A stretch of 64,000 bases of DNA from a virus, in the IMG/VR virus record IMGVR_UViG_3300025108_004223, positions 1-64,000 of that record, one strand, 5' to 3'. Position 1 is the stretch's first letter, and every line of letters starts with the position of its first letter. This document shows, in pieces, positions 39,791-48,607 of the stretch. The translations under genes were made by a program, and so were the position numbers. The notes beneath the pieces are model-generated. The model searched no databases. It saw nothing but the letters and a program-made list of their open reading frames with translations, and was not told the DNA's origin.

Positions 39791-40330
39791 ATGGTTTACT
39801 TAGCCGCAACATTAATTTTTATAACAAGTGTAATTACACTCTATGCTCTTATTTTAAATAAGAAGAACCCTATAGTTATGTTGTTCTTAATTCCAGCATT
39901 ACTGACATCAAGTATATATACTGGTTACTCGATTTATGTATTACAAGGAACACCTATTTCAACAGGATTGCCAACTGATACACAAGTTGAAATTGTATGG
40001 ATTGAACCTGCTAAACCAGTTATACGTTTATTACTAAGAATAGAAGGCGAGGAAACTCCTACATATTATAGTATAGATTATACAGAAAAGAATATGGAAG
40101 AATTAAACAGGGCAATGGCACAAGCAGCCGCATTAGGCAAAGAAGGTCCAGATGGTGAATTCAAAAAAAGCAACGGTGGTGAAGAATCTAATGGTGAATT
40201 CTTCTTTGTGCAAAAACCAAAATCATTTGGTCCAGCAAAAAAACAAGAAGACAATGATGATGATCCATATTCTGAAGAAAACACACTAGAACGTAATGGC
40301 ATGAGCACTGGTCATTCCGGTCAATACTAA
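39791..40330 (+). CDS. Two-TM anchored protein, likely third component of the MotAB-like module
   Basis: N-terminal TM hairpin followed by a soluble domain. Confidence 0.55.
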   Translation: MVYLAATLIFITSVITLYALILNKKNPIVMLFLIPALLTSSIYTGYSIYVLQGTPISTGLPTDTQVEIVWIEPAKPVIRLLLRIEGEETPTYYSIDYTEKNMEELNRAMAQAAALGKEGPDGEFKKSNGGEESNGEFFFVQKPKSFGPAKKQEDNDDDPYSEENTLERNGMSTGHSGQY

Positions 40331-40345
40331 AATGAAATAATACCA

Positions 40346-40373
40346 TTGACAAATATAGCAGATCTGCTATAAT
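40346..40373 (+). promoter_or_regulatory. Sigma70-type promoter with 18 bp perfect palindrome
   Basis: TTGACA-16 bp-TATAAT with TG-N extended -10. TATAGCAGATCTGCTATA at 40354-40371. Confidence 0.72.
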
Positions 40374-40402
40374 ATAAGTAATAAGCTCTGAATAGGTAAA
40401 AC

Positions 40403-40678
40403 ATGAAAAACGTAATTAATTTTTTTAAGAAAAGCTATGCCAACGACCGCATGGCCTTTTATGCAGAAATAGTAGAAACAACGGTTCTTATTATAGCAAG
40501 TGCAGTATTAAGTTTCACAATATTAGATCCTGCTACAACAATATTCGTTCCACTTTATTTAATAGGCAGTATGTTAGCAGTTTTTAGCACATATAGACGT
40601 GGCAGCAGTGCTATTGTCTTATGTAGTTGGTTTACTGTTATGAACAGTTGGGCATTTATACAATTGTTTGTGCTATGA
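40403..40678 (+). CDS. Small three-TM membrane protein
   Basis: Three hydrophobic segments. Confidence 0.6.
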   Translation: MKNVINFFKKSYANDRMAFYAEIVETTVLIIASAVLSFTILDPATTIFVPLYLIGSMLAVFSTYRRGSSAIVLCSWFTVMNSWAFIQLFVL

Positions 40679-41151
40679 TTAAAGCAATATTGGCATGTGA
40701 TGATGCGTGGGGCATAGGTAAAGATGGAACGCTACCTTGGCCGCATAATGCCGCAGATCAAAAATGGTTTGCAGATACAACAAAAGGTGATGTTGTTGTA
40801 ATGGGTAGCACAACATGGAAAGACCCTGACATGCCCAAGCCACTACCAGGTAGATATAATGTAGTGGTAACACGTGGTGTAGCCGATGAGGCGCATTGTG
40901 TGGTTCCAATAGATAAAGCTGAAAAACTATTGGTAGAAGATTTAGAGCAAGAAGATGTTTGGATTATTGGCGGGGCTAAACTCGTAAAAGCATTGATGCC
41001 AATAATTGATGAACTATGGTTAAGTAGAATAGTAGGTGTATACGATTGTGATACACACTTACCAGAAGATGATATATTAAAAAACTACAAACTAGTTGAT
41101 GTTGATACTAGTATTAATACGTTAAGTATTGAAAAATGGAGTAAATTATGA
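40675..41151 (+). CDS. folA: Dihydrofolate reductase
   Basis: WGIGKDGTLPW, VVMGSTTW, PLPGRYNVV, WIIGGA, CDT. Confidence 0.92.
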   Translation: MIKAILACDDAWGIGKDGTLPWPHNAADQKWFADTTKGDVVVMGSTTWKDPDMPKPLPGRYNVVVTRGVADEAHCVVPIDKAEKLLVEDLEQEDVWIIGGAKLVKALMPIIDELWLSRIVGVYDCDTHLPEDDILKNYKLVDVDTSINTLSIEKWSKL

Positions 41152-42002
41152 AAACATATTTAAATGCCCTAGGACATATCCTAGCAAATGGTAAAGGCAA
41201 ACAAGACAGAACTGGAACAGGCACAAAAGGTGTGTTTGGATACCAAATGCACTTTGATTTAGAAAAAGGATTTCCTGCCGTAACAACCAAAACACTTGCA
41301 TGGAAAAGTGTTGTAAGTGAACTGTTATGGTTGTTAGAAGGTAGCACAGACGAACGTAGGCTTGCTGAGATACGCTACGGCTTACCACGTGAAGAACTAA
41401 TAGGTAAGACTACTATTTGGACGGCTAATGCAGATCAACAAGGTGTAGCACTTGGATATGAAAACACAGATACTGTTAAAGAACTAGGACCTGTATACGG
41501 CAAGCAATGGCGTGACTGTAATGGTGTAGATCAAATAGCAGAAATCATTGCACAAATTAAAGCTGACCCAGACAGCAGACGCATTATATTAGATTCATGG
41601 AACGTAAACGAAATAGACAAAATGTCACTTCCACCATGTCACACACTTGCACAATTTTATGTAGCAGATGGCAAACTAAGTTGTCAACTGTATCAACGTA
41701 GTGCAGATATGTTCTTAGGCGTTCCATTTAACATTGCAAGTTATAGTTTGCTTACACATATACTTGCAAGTATCACAGGACTAAAAGTAGGCGAGTTTGT
41801 ATGGACAGGAGGCGACTGCCATATTTACAATAACCATTTGTCACAAGTGTTACAACAGATGTCACGTAAGCCTGCTAAAGCACCTATACTAACTATGCCT
41901 GAGTTTAGTTCGTTAGAAGATGTGTTAAATAGTGGCATAGAGGATTATGCATTGGGAAACTACGCACCTCTTCCTACAATTAAAGCAGAAATGGCGGTAT
42001 AA
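41148..42002 (+). CDS. thyA: Thymidylate synthase
   Basis: LGPVYGKQWR, SRRIILDSWN, LPPCH, QRSADMFLGVPFNIASY. Confidence 0.97.
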   Translation: MKTYLNALGHILANGKGKQDRTGTGTKGVFGYQMHFDLEKGFPAVTTKTLAWKSVVSELLWLLEGSTDERRLAEIRYGLPREELIGKTTIWTANADQQGVALGYENTDTVKELGPVYGKQWRDCNGVDQIAEIIAQIKADPDSRRIILDSWNVNEIDKMSLPPCHTLAQFYVADGKLSCQLYQRSADMFLGVPFNIASYSLLTHILASITGLKVGEFVWTGGDCHIYNNHLSQVLQQMSRKPAKAPILTMPEFSSLEDVLNSGIEDYALGNYAPLPTIKAEMAV

Positions 42003-42003
42003 T

Positions 42004-42519
42004 ATGGCAGACACTTATATAACATGGGACAAATATATGTCCGATATAGAAAAATTAGCAATAAAAGTTGCCGACGATGGATATCAATTTAATCAAATAG
42101 TTTGTATAGCCAAAGGTGGATTACGTGTAGGAGATGTAATACAACGTATATCAGATATGCCTTTAGCAATCATGAGTGTTGAAAGTTATCATGGTGATGG
42201 AGTCAAAGATGAACAAGGACAAATTGTATTTGGAAACTCATTAGCAAAAACAACACCTAACCTAGGCAACAAAGTTTTATTAGTAGACGATTTATGTGAC
42301 TCAGGTGTTACAATGGAAAAATGTGTTAAGTGGTTACAGCATTATCACGGATTCTTTATTGACGATATTAAAACTGGTTGCTTATGGGTTAAAGGTGTTT
42401 CACGTTTTACTCCAGATTATTATATAGATTATTATAAAGATAGTCCATGGATACACCAGCCGATGGAAGAATACGAAAATATGGATATTAATGCATTAAG
42501 AAATAAGATAAATGGATAA
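42004..42519 (+). CDS. Type I phosphoribosyltransferase (Gpt/Hpt-like)
   Basis: CIAKGGL, VLLVDDLCDSGVT, WIHQP.E. Confidence 0.8.
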   Translation: MADTYITWDKYMSDIEKLAIKVADDGYQFNQIVCIAKGGLRVGDVIQRISDMPLAIMSVESYHGDGVKDEQGQIVFGNSLAKTTPNLGNKVLLVDDLCDSGVTMEKCVKWLQHYHGFFIDDIKTGCLWVKGVSRFTPDYYIDYYKDSPWIHQPMEEYENMDINALRNKING

Positions 42520-43042
42520 AGCAATCAGAGACAAATACTTTGGTGATAATTGGCAACCCAATTGGGATCATTATGATTATAGTGGTTGGGCTCTAGTTGA
42601 TAAAATAGATCCAGATGAAACAATATTAGACGTTGGATGTGGATTCAATTTATTTAAAGATGTCTTTGGTGACAGAGTATACGGCATAGATCCTGCAAAC
42701 AAAAAAGCAGACGAACTTGTGGGCATTATAGAATTTGAAACTGATAAGCAATGGGACGTAGCATTTGCTTTAGGTAGTTTAAACTTTGGCACAGCAAAAG
42801 ATGTTGAACCTCAAGTAGAAAAAACAATAAGTTTAGTTAAACCAGGCGGTCGTATTTACTGGAGGCAAAATCCAGGACTAGGTGATCATCCATGGAAAGG
42901 TGTAGAAGAAATACAGTTTTTTCCTTGGAGTATGCAACTTAACTACGAATGGGCAGACAAATATAAGTGTATAGTAGTTGAATGTAAATGGGATGCAAAT
43001 AGTGATAGAATCTATGCTGAATGGAAGAAATCAAGTGTATGA
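42512..43042 (+). CDS. Class I SAM-dependent methyltransferase
   Basis: ILDVGCGFN, VYGIDP, LVKPGGRIY. Confidence 0.75.
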   Translation: MDKAIRDKYFGDNWQPNWDHYDYSGWALVDKIDPDETILDVGCGFNLFKDVFGDRVYGIDPANKKADELVGIIEFETDKQWDVAFALGSLNFGTAKDVEPQVEKTISLVKPGGRIYWRQNPGLGDHPWKGVEEIQFFPWSMQLNYEWADKYKCIVVECKWDANSDRIYAEWKKSSV

Positions 43043-44031
43043 ACTGGCTAGATAAATTCGACAAGCTAAAAGTAGAAATAACCTCTCATTGTAATGCAAA
43101 ATGTCCTGGATGCACTCGAAACATAACAGGCGGCAAAAATCAACCTGATTTAAAACTAAAACATATGCCATTTGAACTATGGGAACGTATCATGCACGAA
43201 GATACAAAGGGCATGAACATAGTTGAGGTATTGTTTGATGGCACAGTTGGTGATTTTTGTATGAATCCTAAAGCTATTGATTTTATTAAAACGGCACATG
43301 ACGCACACCCTGATATGTTTTTACAAATTAATACAAACGGTGGTGCCAGAACAGAAAAATGGTGGGCAGAACTCGGCGAGGTTATTGCTGAAATTCCACA
43401 TAGAGTAAACTTTGCAATTGATGGATTAGAAGATACACATCATATACACAGACGTAATACATCATATGATATAGTTGTGCGTAACATGAAAGCATTTATT
43501 TCAACTGGTGGGAATGCTAATTGGATATTCACATACTTTGATCATAATTTACATCAATACAAAGAAGCAGAAAAACGTGCAATAGATATGGGGTGCTATT
43601 GGTTCCAAACTAGATGGAGTTGTATTCCTGGCGAAGATTTAGATACAAAAACAGATACAGAAGAATATAAAATTGGAACAGAACATATTTACGAACACAA
43701 AGAATATATGAAGCATACAAGAATTCTGAAACATATGCAACCAGAATATGATGAAGAGTCGCATATATGCCCTGCATATGCTACTTCACAGATTACCATT
43801 GACTTTCGTGGTATACTTTGGCCGTGTAGTTACATATATTCAACCGAAGTTAGAACTAGAGAATGGGCAAGTCCGTTTCGTAACGAAATGCAACACCCAG
43901 GTGAAACAATAAGTTTACATAAATATACATTATCTAATATACTCACTAATACATTTTTTAAAGACCAATTACCAGATGTTATTGCTAATAAAAAGCTAAG
44001 TATATGCAATATGTGGTGTTTTAACGACTAA
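43039..44031 (+). CDS. Radical SAM protein with C-terminal SPASM/twitch
   Basis: CNAKCPGC; CPAY...IDFRGILWPC...CNMWC. Confidence 0.88.
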   Translation: MNWLDKFDKLKVEITSHCNAKCPGCTRNITGGKNQPDLKLKHMPFELWERIMHEDTKGMNIVEVLFDGTVGDFCMNPKAIDFIKTAHDAHPDMFLQINTNGGARTEKWWAELGEVIAEIPHRVNFAIDGLEDTHHIHRRNTSYDIVVRNMKAFISTGGNANWIFTYFDHNLHQYKEAEKRAIDMGCYWFQTRWSCIPGEDLDTKTDTEEYKIGTEHIYEHKEYMKHTRILKHMQPEYDEESHICPAYATSQITIDFRGILWPCSYIYSTEVRTREWASPFRNEMQHPGETISLHKYTLSNILTNTFFKDQLPDVIANKKLSICNMWCFND

Positions 44032-44093
44032 TAACTAACGTTAAATCCATCAAGTTATAGGTAAATACTTATAACGTATAGAATGGAATACTA

Positions 44094-45359
44094 ATGATAA
44101 AGTTAAGAACCCCATTGTTGCTTATGCTTGCAACGGTAATAGTCAGTGTCATGGTTAATGCACACTACAGAAGCATACAAGAAACATTACATGAAGGCAT
44201 TAGTTGGGTTTGGCAGAAACACAAACCAACCGGGCAGGCTATTTACGACGTAAATGCTTTTCTTTTCAACGGTAATGCGTTTGATCACGAACGTAGAATA
44301 AAAGATTACATTTACAGCACATATCCTAGTGTTGTAATGGTAAGCGTTTTCCCAAAAGAATCATCACAAAGTAATCCACTAGTTCAGCGTAAGTCTGGAC
44401 GAGGAACTGGATTCTTTGTAGCAACTGATGATACGTCAGCAACAATAATGACTAATTATCATGTTATTGATGGATACTTGGGTTCTGAAGATCTACTAGA
44501 ACTAAAAATCAATACAGCAATGGATATGTGGATGTATGATGCTGAAATTATTGGTTACGACCAGGTGGCAGACATTGCTATATTAAAAATTACTAAGCAA
44601 GATAACGAAGAATGGGAAGCATTAGAATTTGCAGATTACAAAGATATAAGCGAAGGTGATCCTGTTGTAGTTGTTGGACACGGTATGAGTATGCCATGGA
44701 CCAGCACACAAGGTATTGTTACATATGATGGAAGATTTGGACAGCGTCCTTATTCATTAATGCTACAAGTTGATGCAGTTATTAACCAAGGTAACAGCGG
44801 CGGACCTATTATAGGAGATGACGCTTTGGTTATTGGTGTGGCACAAAGTATACTAAGTCCTTCTAGACAGATTCCTGGTTGGGATGGAGTAGGATTAGCA
44901 GTTGGAATTAGACAGGCAAAACGTAGCATGGACTATATTTTATCTGATGCATATGCAGAAAAAGGATATGTTCCATATGTAGATTTATTGTTTAATAGTA
45001 AAAACTTTGAAATAGGAGATGTAGTAGATACTAAACGTAAAGACAGGCACATGTCTTATTTTATTAATCCTGAGCCTGCAGGTGTTCAAGCACCAGACAT
45101 GGAAGCACCACCAGTAAAACTAAATGCCGGACAAATAGCCGGAATGCAAGAAGGTGACATTATACTAGAGTATAACGGTGAAAATGTCTATACAGCATTT
45201 AAAATATTCGTAGAAACTATGTATGCATTACCAGGTGATACAGTAGTTATTAAAGTATTACGTGGTGAAGAAGAATTAGAATTTACACTTACTTACATAG
45301 AAACTGATTTTGATAAACTAATAGAATTAGTTAACAGTCGTCAACAAGCGTATCGCTAA
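44094..45359 (+). CDS. HtrA/DegP-like serine protease with PDZ domain
   Basis: MTNYHV, DIAILKI, GNSGGP, AG.QEGDIILEYNG, N-terminal TM. Confidence 0.88.
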   Translation: MIKLRTPLLLMLATVIVSVMVNAHYRSIQETLHEGISWVWQKHKPTGQAIYDVNAFLFNGNAFDHERRIKDYIYSTYPSVVMVSVFPKESSQSNPLVQRKSGRGTGFFVATDDTSATIMTNYHVIDGYLGSEDLLELKINTAMDMWMYDAEIIGYDQVADIAILKITKQDNEEWEALEFADYKDISEGDPVVVVGHGMSMPWTSTQGIVTYDGRFGQRPYSLMLQVDAVINQGNSGGPIIGDDALVIGVAQSILSPSRQIPGWDGVGLAVGIRQAKRSMDYILSDAYAEKGYVPYVDLLFNSKNFEIGDVVDTKRKDRHMSYFINPEPAGVQAPDMEAPPVKLNAGQIAGMQEGDIILEYNGENVYTAFKIFVETMYALPGDTVVIKVLRGEEELEFTLTYIETDFDKLIELVNSRQQAYR

Positions 45360-45366
45360 TAATAGG

Positions 45367-45395
45367 TTGACAAAACCACCAAGATATCTTATAAT
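45367..45395 (+). promoter_or_regulatory. Sigma70-type early promoter
   Basis: TTGACA-17 bp-TATAAT. AAGATATCTT overlaps the -10. Confidence 0.8.
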
Positions 45396-45430
45396 ATAGT
45401 TATATTTAAATTATAACTATGGAGAATAAG

Positions 45431-46822
45431 ATGAAAAAACTGTTAGTTTTACTACTATTTGCCACATCTGCATGTGTGCAAGCAACGGATAGTATCAACG
45501 CTAAATCTTGTGCAGATGGCACTATTCCTGTAAAATCTGTATCTGCTGATGGAAGCTACTATGTCTATCAATGTCCATCATTTCAAGAACCATTAATGGA
45601 CTCAATAGATAATATTGACTATTCTTATTACGCAAAATCAGATTTTGTAAATTTAAAAATTCCCGAAGATTTCCAATATATTAATACAACAAAACTTAAA
45701 TATTTGATGTCTAATAATGCATTTAGAAGGCATGCAGAAACATGGTGGTGGCCAGCCGGCGCCGCAACTTCTTGTTTTGATGCTATGAAACACTTCAAAG
45801 TAACTACAAGTGGACACGGCTTTGATCAGGTTAATGGGTGTGCTAAGGGCACAGGAGGATTTTTACAACTAGATTATCCATATGTATTAAAAAACATGTC
45901 AGATGTTATATTACACCATGCAACGCACAGAAACGTTAAAGCTCAATTCAAACCCGGAGATTCTCCCAATCATCAACACTATGCAAAGTATATGGTAATG
46001 GCCAAAACTGCTGAAATATACGCTGTATTCAAGGATTTGATGCCTTTAACCCCAGAAGAACATGAGATTATTACTGCATATTTTGATGAAATATTTATGG
46101 GTAATTTATTCCATACACAATTAAATAAGCCACAATGTAATATTAATAACCCTGAACTTGATGCGCCAATACCCTTTAAATATAGTCCTATGGGTGGATG
46201 TGGCAGTTATTCATGGCGCTTAGTTTATTCCAGTATTGCCTATTCATTATCTACAAACAACGATAAATTGTTTGAGCGAGCAAAAATGAATTTAACACAT
46301 TTACTTGGATCATTTGATAACGAAGGAATACATGTGAACCAGGCATCACGTGGCGGTAAAGCAATGGGATACCATAATGCAGTTACAGTGAGTCTAGGAA
46401 ACATATCAGAACAATTTTATGCAATAGGATATGACTTCTTAGAACATAGAATGCCAAGAAGTAATATTAAAGTAAAAGATGTATTAGATAAGCATTGGGA
46501 TTTAATGCACGACCATACATTATTAGGAAAATATGCAAAATATAGTAAAGGCATACAAGGCAGCGAACCCAATACAGATTGGCACTATGTTTCACATCTG
46601 TCAACTCCTAAAGCAATAGCAATAATGCCAAGTAGTTTGAAATGGTGGCAAGTTGCACATGCTAATACACGTTATGTCAAAGAATATAGGACACAACCTA
46701 GTATGATGCACACTAAAGAAATAGATTGGCAAGAATTGATTAACAAAAATAATGTTGGTAATTTATGGATAACTTCAGTGTTCCCATCAAAATTAATGTA
46801 TACAGTTAATGAATCTAGGTAG
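45431..46822 (+). CDS. Exported protein with alginate-lyase-like alpha-helical C-terminal domain
   Basis: Signal peptide MKKLLVLLLF; FDNEG...ASRGGKAMGYHN resembles the G-E-x-x-R-G...YH motif of alginate lyase-like proteins. Confidence 0.45.
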   Translation: MKKLLVLLLFATSACVQATDSINAKSCADGTIPVKSVSADGSYYVYQCPSFQEPLMDSIDNIDYSYYAKSDFVNLKIPEDFQYINTTKLKYLMSNNAFRRHAETWWWPAGAATSCFDAMKHFKVTTSGHGFDQVNGCAKGTGGFLQLDYPYVLKNMSDVILHHATHRNVKAQFKPGDSPNHQHYAKYMVMAKTAEIYAVFKDLMPLTPEEHEIITAYFDEIFMGNLFHTQLNKPQCNINNPELDAPIPFKYSPMGGCGSYSWRLVYSSIAYSLSTNNDKLFERAKMNLTHLLGSFDNEGIHVNQASRGGKAMGYHNAVTVSLGNISEQFYAIGYDFLEHRMPRSNIKVKDVLDKHWDLMHDHTLLGKYAKYSKGIQGSEPNTDWHYVSHLSTPKAIAIMPSSLKWWQVAHANTRYVKEYRTQPSMMHTKEIDWQELINKNNVGNLWITSVFPSKLMYTVNESR

Positions 46823-46834
46823 TTAACATACACT

Positions 46835-46882
46835 ATATAGTGCCATTAAACGCTAAGTAATCGGTTGATGGCACTATATTTT
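46835..46882 (+). terminator. Long-stem hairpin, probable terminator
   Basis: ATATAGTGCCAT ... ATGGCACTATAT (12 bp stem, 21 nt loop) followed by TTT. Confidence 0.6.
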
Positions 46883-46891
46883 GTGAAAAGG

Positions 46892-46920
46892 TTGACAAGA
46901 TCGCATAAATATCATATAAT
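46892..46920 (+). promoter_or_regulatory. Sigma70-type promoter
   Basis: TTGACA-17 bp-TATAAT. Confidence 0.8.
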
Positions 46921-47035
46921 AGTGTATATTTAATAAAGATTTAGTAGAGTTGATTTAAAGGAGTGGGCTCAGTTGTGACCGCTGAAGCTCGGATCAACCG
47001 TCATAAAATCGGTCACGTTAATATAGGAGAAATCT

Positions 47036-47257
47036 ATGTTAGACAAAATCTTAAGCGGCGTTAGAGGCGCGACAGAGGCTGGTGTATCGTTGATTGGTCT
47101 TGCTATCGTTTTACAAGTTGTATTCGGTGGTTCAGTTCCTTTCTTAGGCGGTGATGTCATTGGCACTATCATCGGCATCGTATCACAACTAGGTGGTGCT
47201 GGTTTAGTAGGTCTTATTTCTGCAGTTGTTTTGTGGAAACTATTTACACGTGACTAA
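47036..47257 (+). CDS. Small Gly-rich membrane protein
   Basis: 73 aa, almost entirely hydrophobic, SD GGAGA. Confidence 0.7.
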   Translation: MLDKILSGVRGATEAGVSLIGLAIVLQVVFGGSVPFLGGDVIGTIIGIVSQLGGAGLVGLISAVVLWKLFTRD

Positions 47258-47277
47258 TATTAATATATATTAATGTT

Positions 47278-47305
47278 AAAAAACCCAGCAAATGTTGGGT
47301 TTTTT
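47278..47305 (+). terminator. Rho-independent terminator
   Basis: AAAAAACCCAGC-aaat-GTTGGGTTTTTT. Confidence 0.75.
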
Positions 47306-47310
47306 AATGG

Positions 47311-47339
47311 TTGACAAATCCTATACTTTAGTATATATT
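47311..47339 (+). promoter_or_regulatory. Sigma70-type promoter
   Basis: TTGACA-17 bp-TATATT. Confidence 0.65.
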
Positions 47340-47372
47340 ATATATAAACAACAATAATAGAAAGGACATAAA

Positions 47373-47642
47373 ATGTCAAAATCTAAAAAAGCAGTAGGAA
47401 CTAAGTTCTTTAAAGAAGGAACTCAAAACCAAAAAATCCTAGCTAAATTTTGGGGCACAGGTAAAACTTTTACTATGGATACTCTAAGAGAAAAAATGGA
47501 TATCCAATCACCTGGTGCTAGACTTTCAGAATTGAAAGACGAAGGCTTTAATGTAAAAGCTAAAGCAACTGCAAATACTTCAGGTTTACAAGGTAGACCA
47601 ACTATGGAATATTCAATTCCTAGAAGAAGAACATTTGCCTAA
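47373..47642 (+). CDS. Winged helix-turn-helix DNA-binding protein
   Basis: QKIL...FT...L....IQSPGARLSELKDEGFNVK, followed by a beta-wing ending MEYSI. Confidence 0.65.
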   Translation: MSKSKKAVGTKFFKEGTQNQKILAKFWGTGKTFTMDTLREKMDIQSPGARLSELKDEGFNVKAKATANTSGLQGRPTMEYSIPRRRTFA

Positions 47643-48216
47643 TATAATTAAGCACATTATAACTTTAAATAAGCAGGGCCTTGCCCTGCTTATTTTGACT
47701 GTATTGTTAACTTTCTCACTTCCGTCAAAAGCCGATATGACAAACGAACAGTTTGCATATGAAATAAAAGGTTGTGTAGATGAGTTATATTACGATACAA
47801 ACAAATATCCAATTTCTAAACAAATTCCAATAGAACTTATTATTGCTCAAGCGGCACATGAAAGTGCATGGGGTAATAGTAGATTTGCAGTAGAAGGAAA
47901 TAATCTATTTGGTGTTAGAACCTGGAATGAAAACGATTTACAACTAAAAGCAAAAGGGGCTCCTGATGCTCCTTGGGGTTTAAAAGTATATAATAATTGG
48001 TGCGAAAGCATTGAACATTATTTTCATATACTAGATACACTTCCAATGTATGCTCAATTTAGAGAAGAACTAGAGTTTCAAAATACAATAGCTAAACAAT
48101 CAGATCCAATAAATCTTACATTATATCTCGCTCCGTGGAGTGAACAAGGACCTAAGTATGTTAGGTTGTTACAAGATATAATGGCATGTCTATACCGGAA
48201 AAACTTCTATTCATAA
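47635..48216 (+). CDS. Glucosaminidase (FlgJ/Bax-like peptidoglycan hydrolase)
   Basis: IIAQAAHESAWGNSRFAVEGNNLFG, N-terminal signal. Confidence 0.82.
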   Translation: MPNIIKHIITLNKQGLALLILTVLLTFSLPSKADMTNEQFAYEIKGCVDELYYDTNKYPISKQIPIELIIAQAAHESAWGNSRFAVEGNNLFGVRTWNENDLQLKAKGAPDAPWGLKVYNNWCESIEHYFHILDTLPMYAQFREELEFQNTIAKQSDPINLTLYLAPWSEQGPKYVRLLQDIMACLYRKNFYS

Positions 48217-48250
48217 CGGGTTTTTTCTTCAAAATAATTCAAAATAAAGG

Positions 48251-48279
48251 TTGACAACCAAGACATCTTGCTGTATAAT
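48251..48279 (+). promoter_or_regulatory. Sigma70-type early promoter with palindromic spacer
   Basis: TTGACA-17 bp-TATAAT, spacer CAAGACATCTTG. Confidence 0.82.
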
Positions 48280-48308
48280 ATAGTTATATTACACAATAAA
48301 GGAAGGAT

Positions 48309-48602
48309 ATGAAAAACTCAAAAGCATTTTTAAACAGTTTTAAAACAAAATATATGGTTGGAATTCGTCCTAGAGAGGCGAATTGTTCACATGTTGATAA
48401 TGTTTATGTAAAAGCATTTGGTATACAAGACGCTATGAACAGAGTTGATGCCGCTATTGATCATTTAGACTGGAGAGTTAAAGATGTTATATCAGCAGGT
48501 GATGAGTTATTTGGTGATGATGAGGTATGTTGTTCTGATGGTAGAACACCAGTTAAAGAACTAGGTATTGCTACTGAATTTTTTGGAATTACTTTTTCAT
48601 AA
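48309..48602 (+). CDS. Hypothetical early protein
   Basis: Own promoter and SD AAGGA. Confidence 0.6.
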   Translation: MKNSKAFLNSFKTKYMVGIRPREANCSHVDNVYVKAFGIQDAMNRVDAAIDHLDWRVKDVISAGDELFGDDEVCCSDGRTPVKELGIATEFFGITFS

Positions 48603-48607
48603 AAAGG

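Noticed and set aside
47259-47274. 16 bp perfect palindrome ATTAATATATATTAAT
   Set aside because: AT-only and low-complexity in an AT-rich genome, so likely chance.
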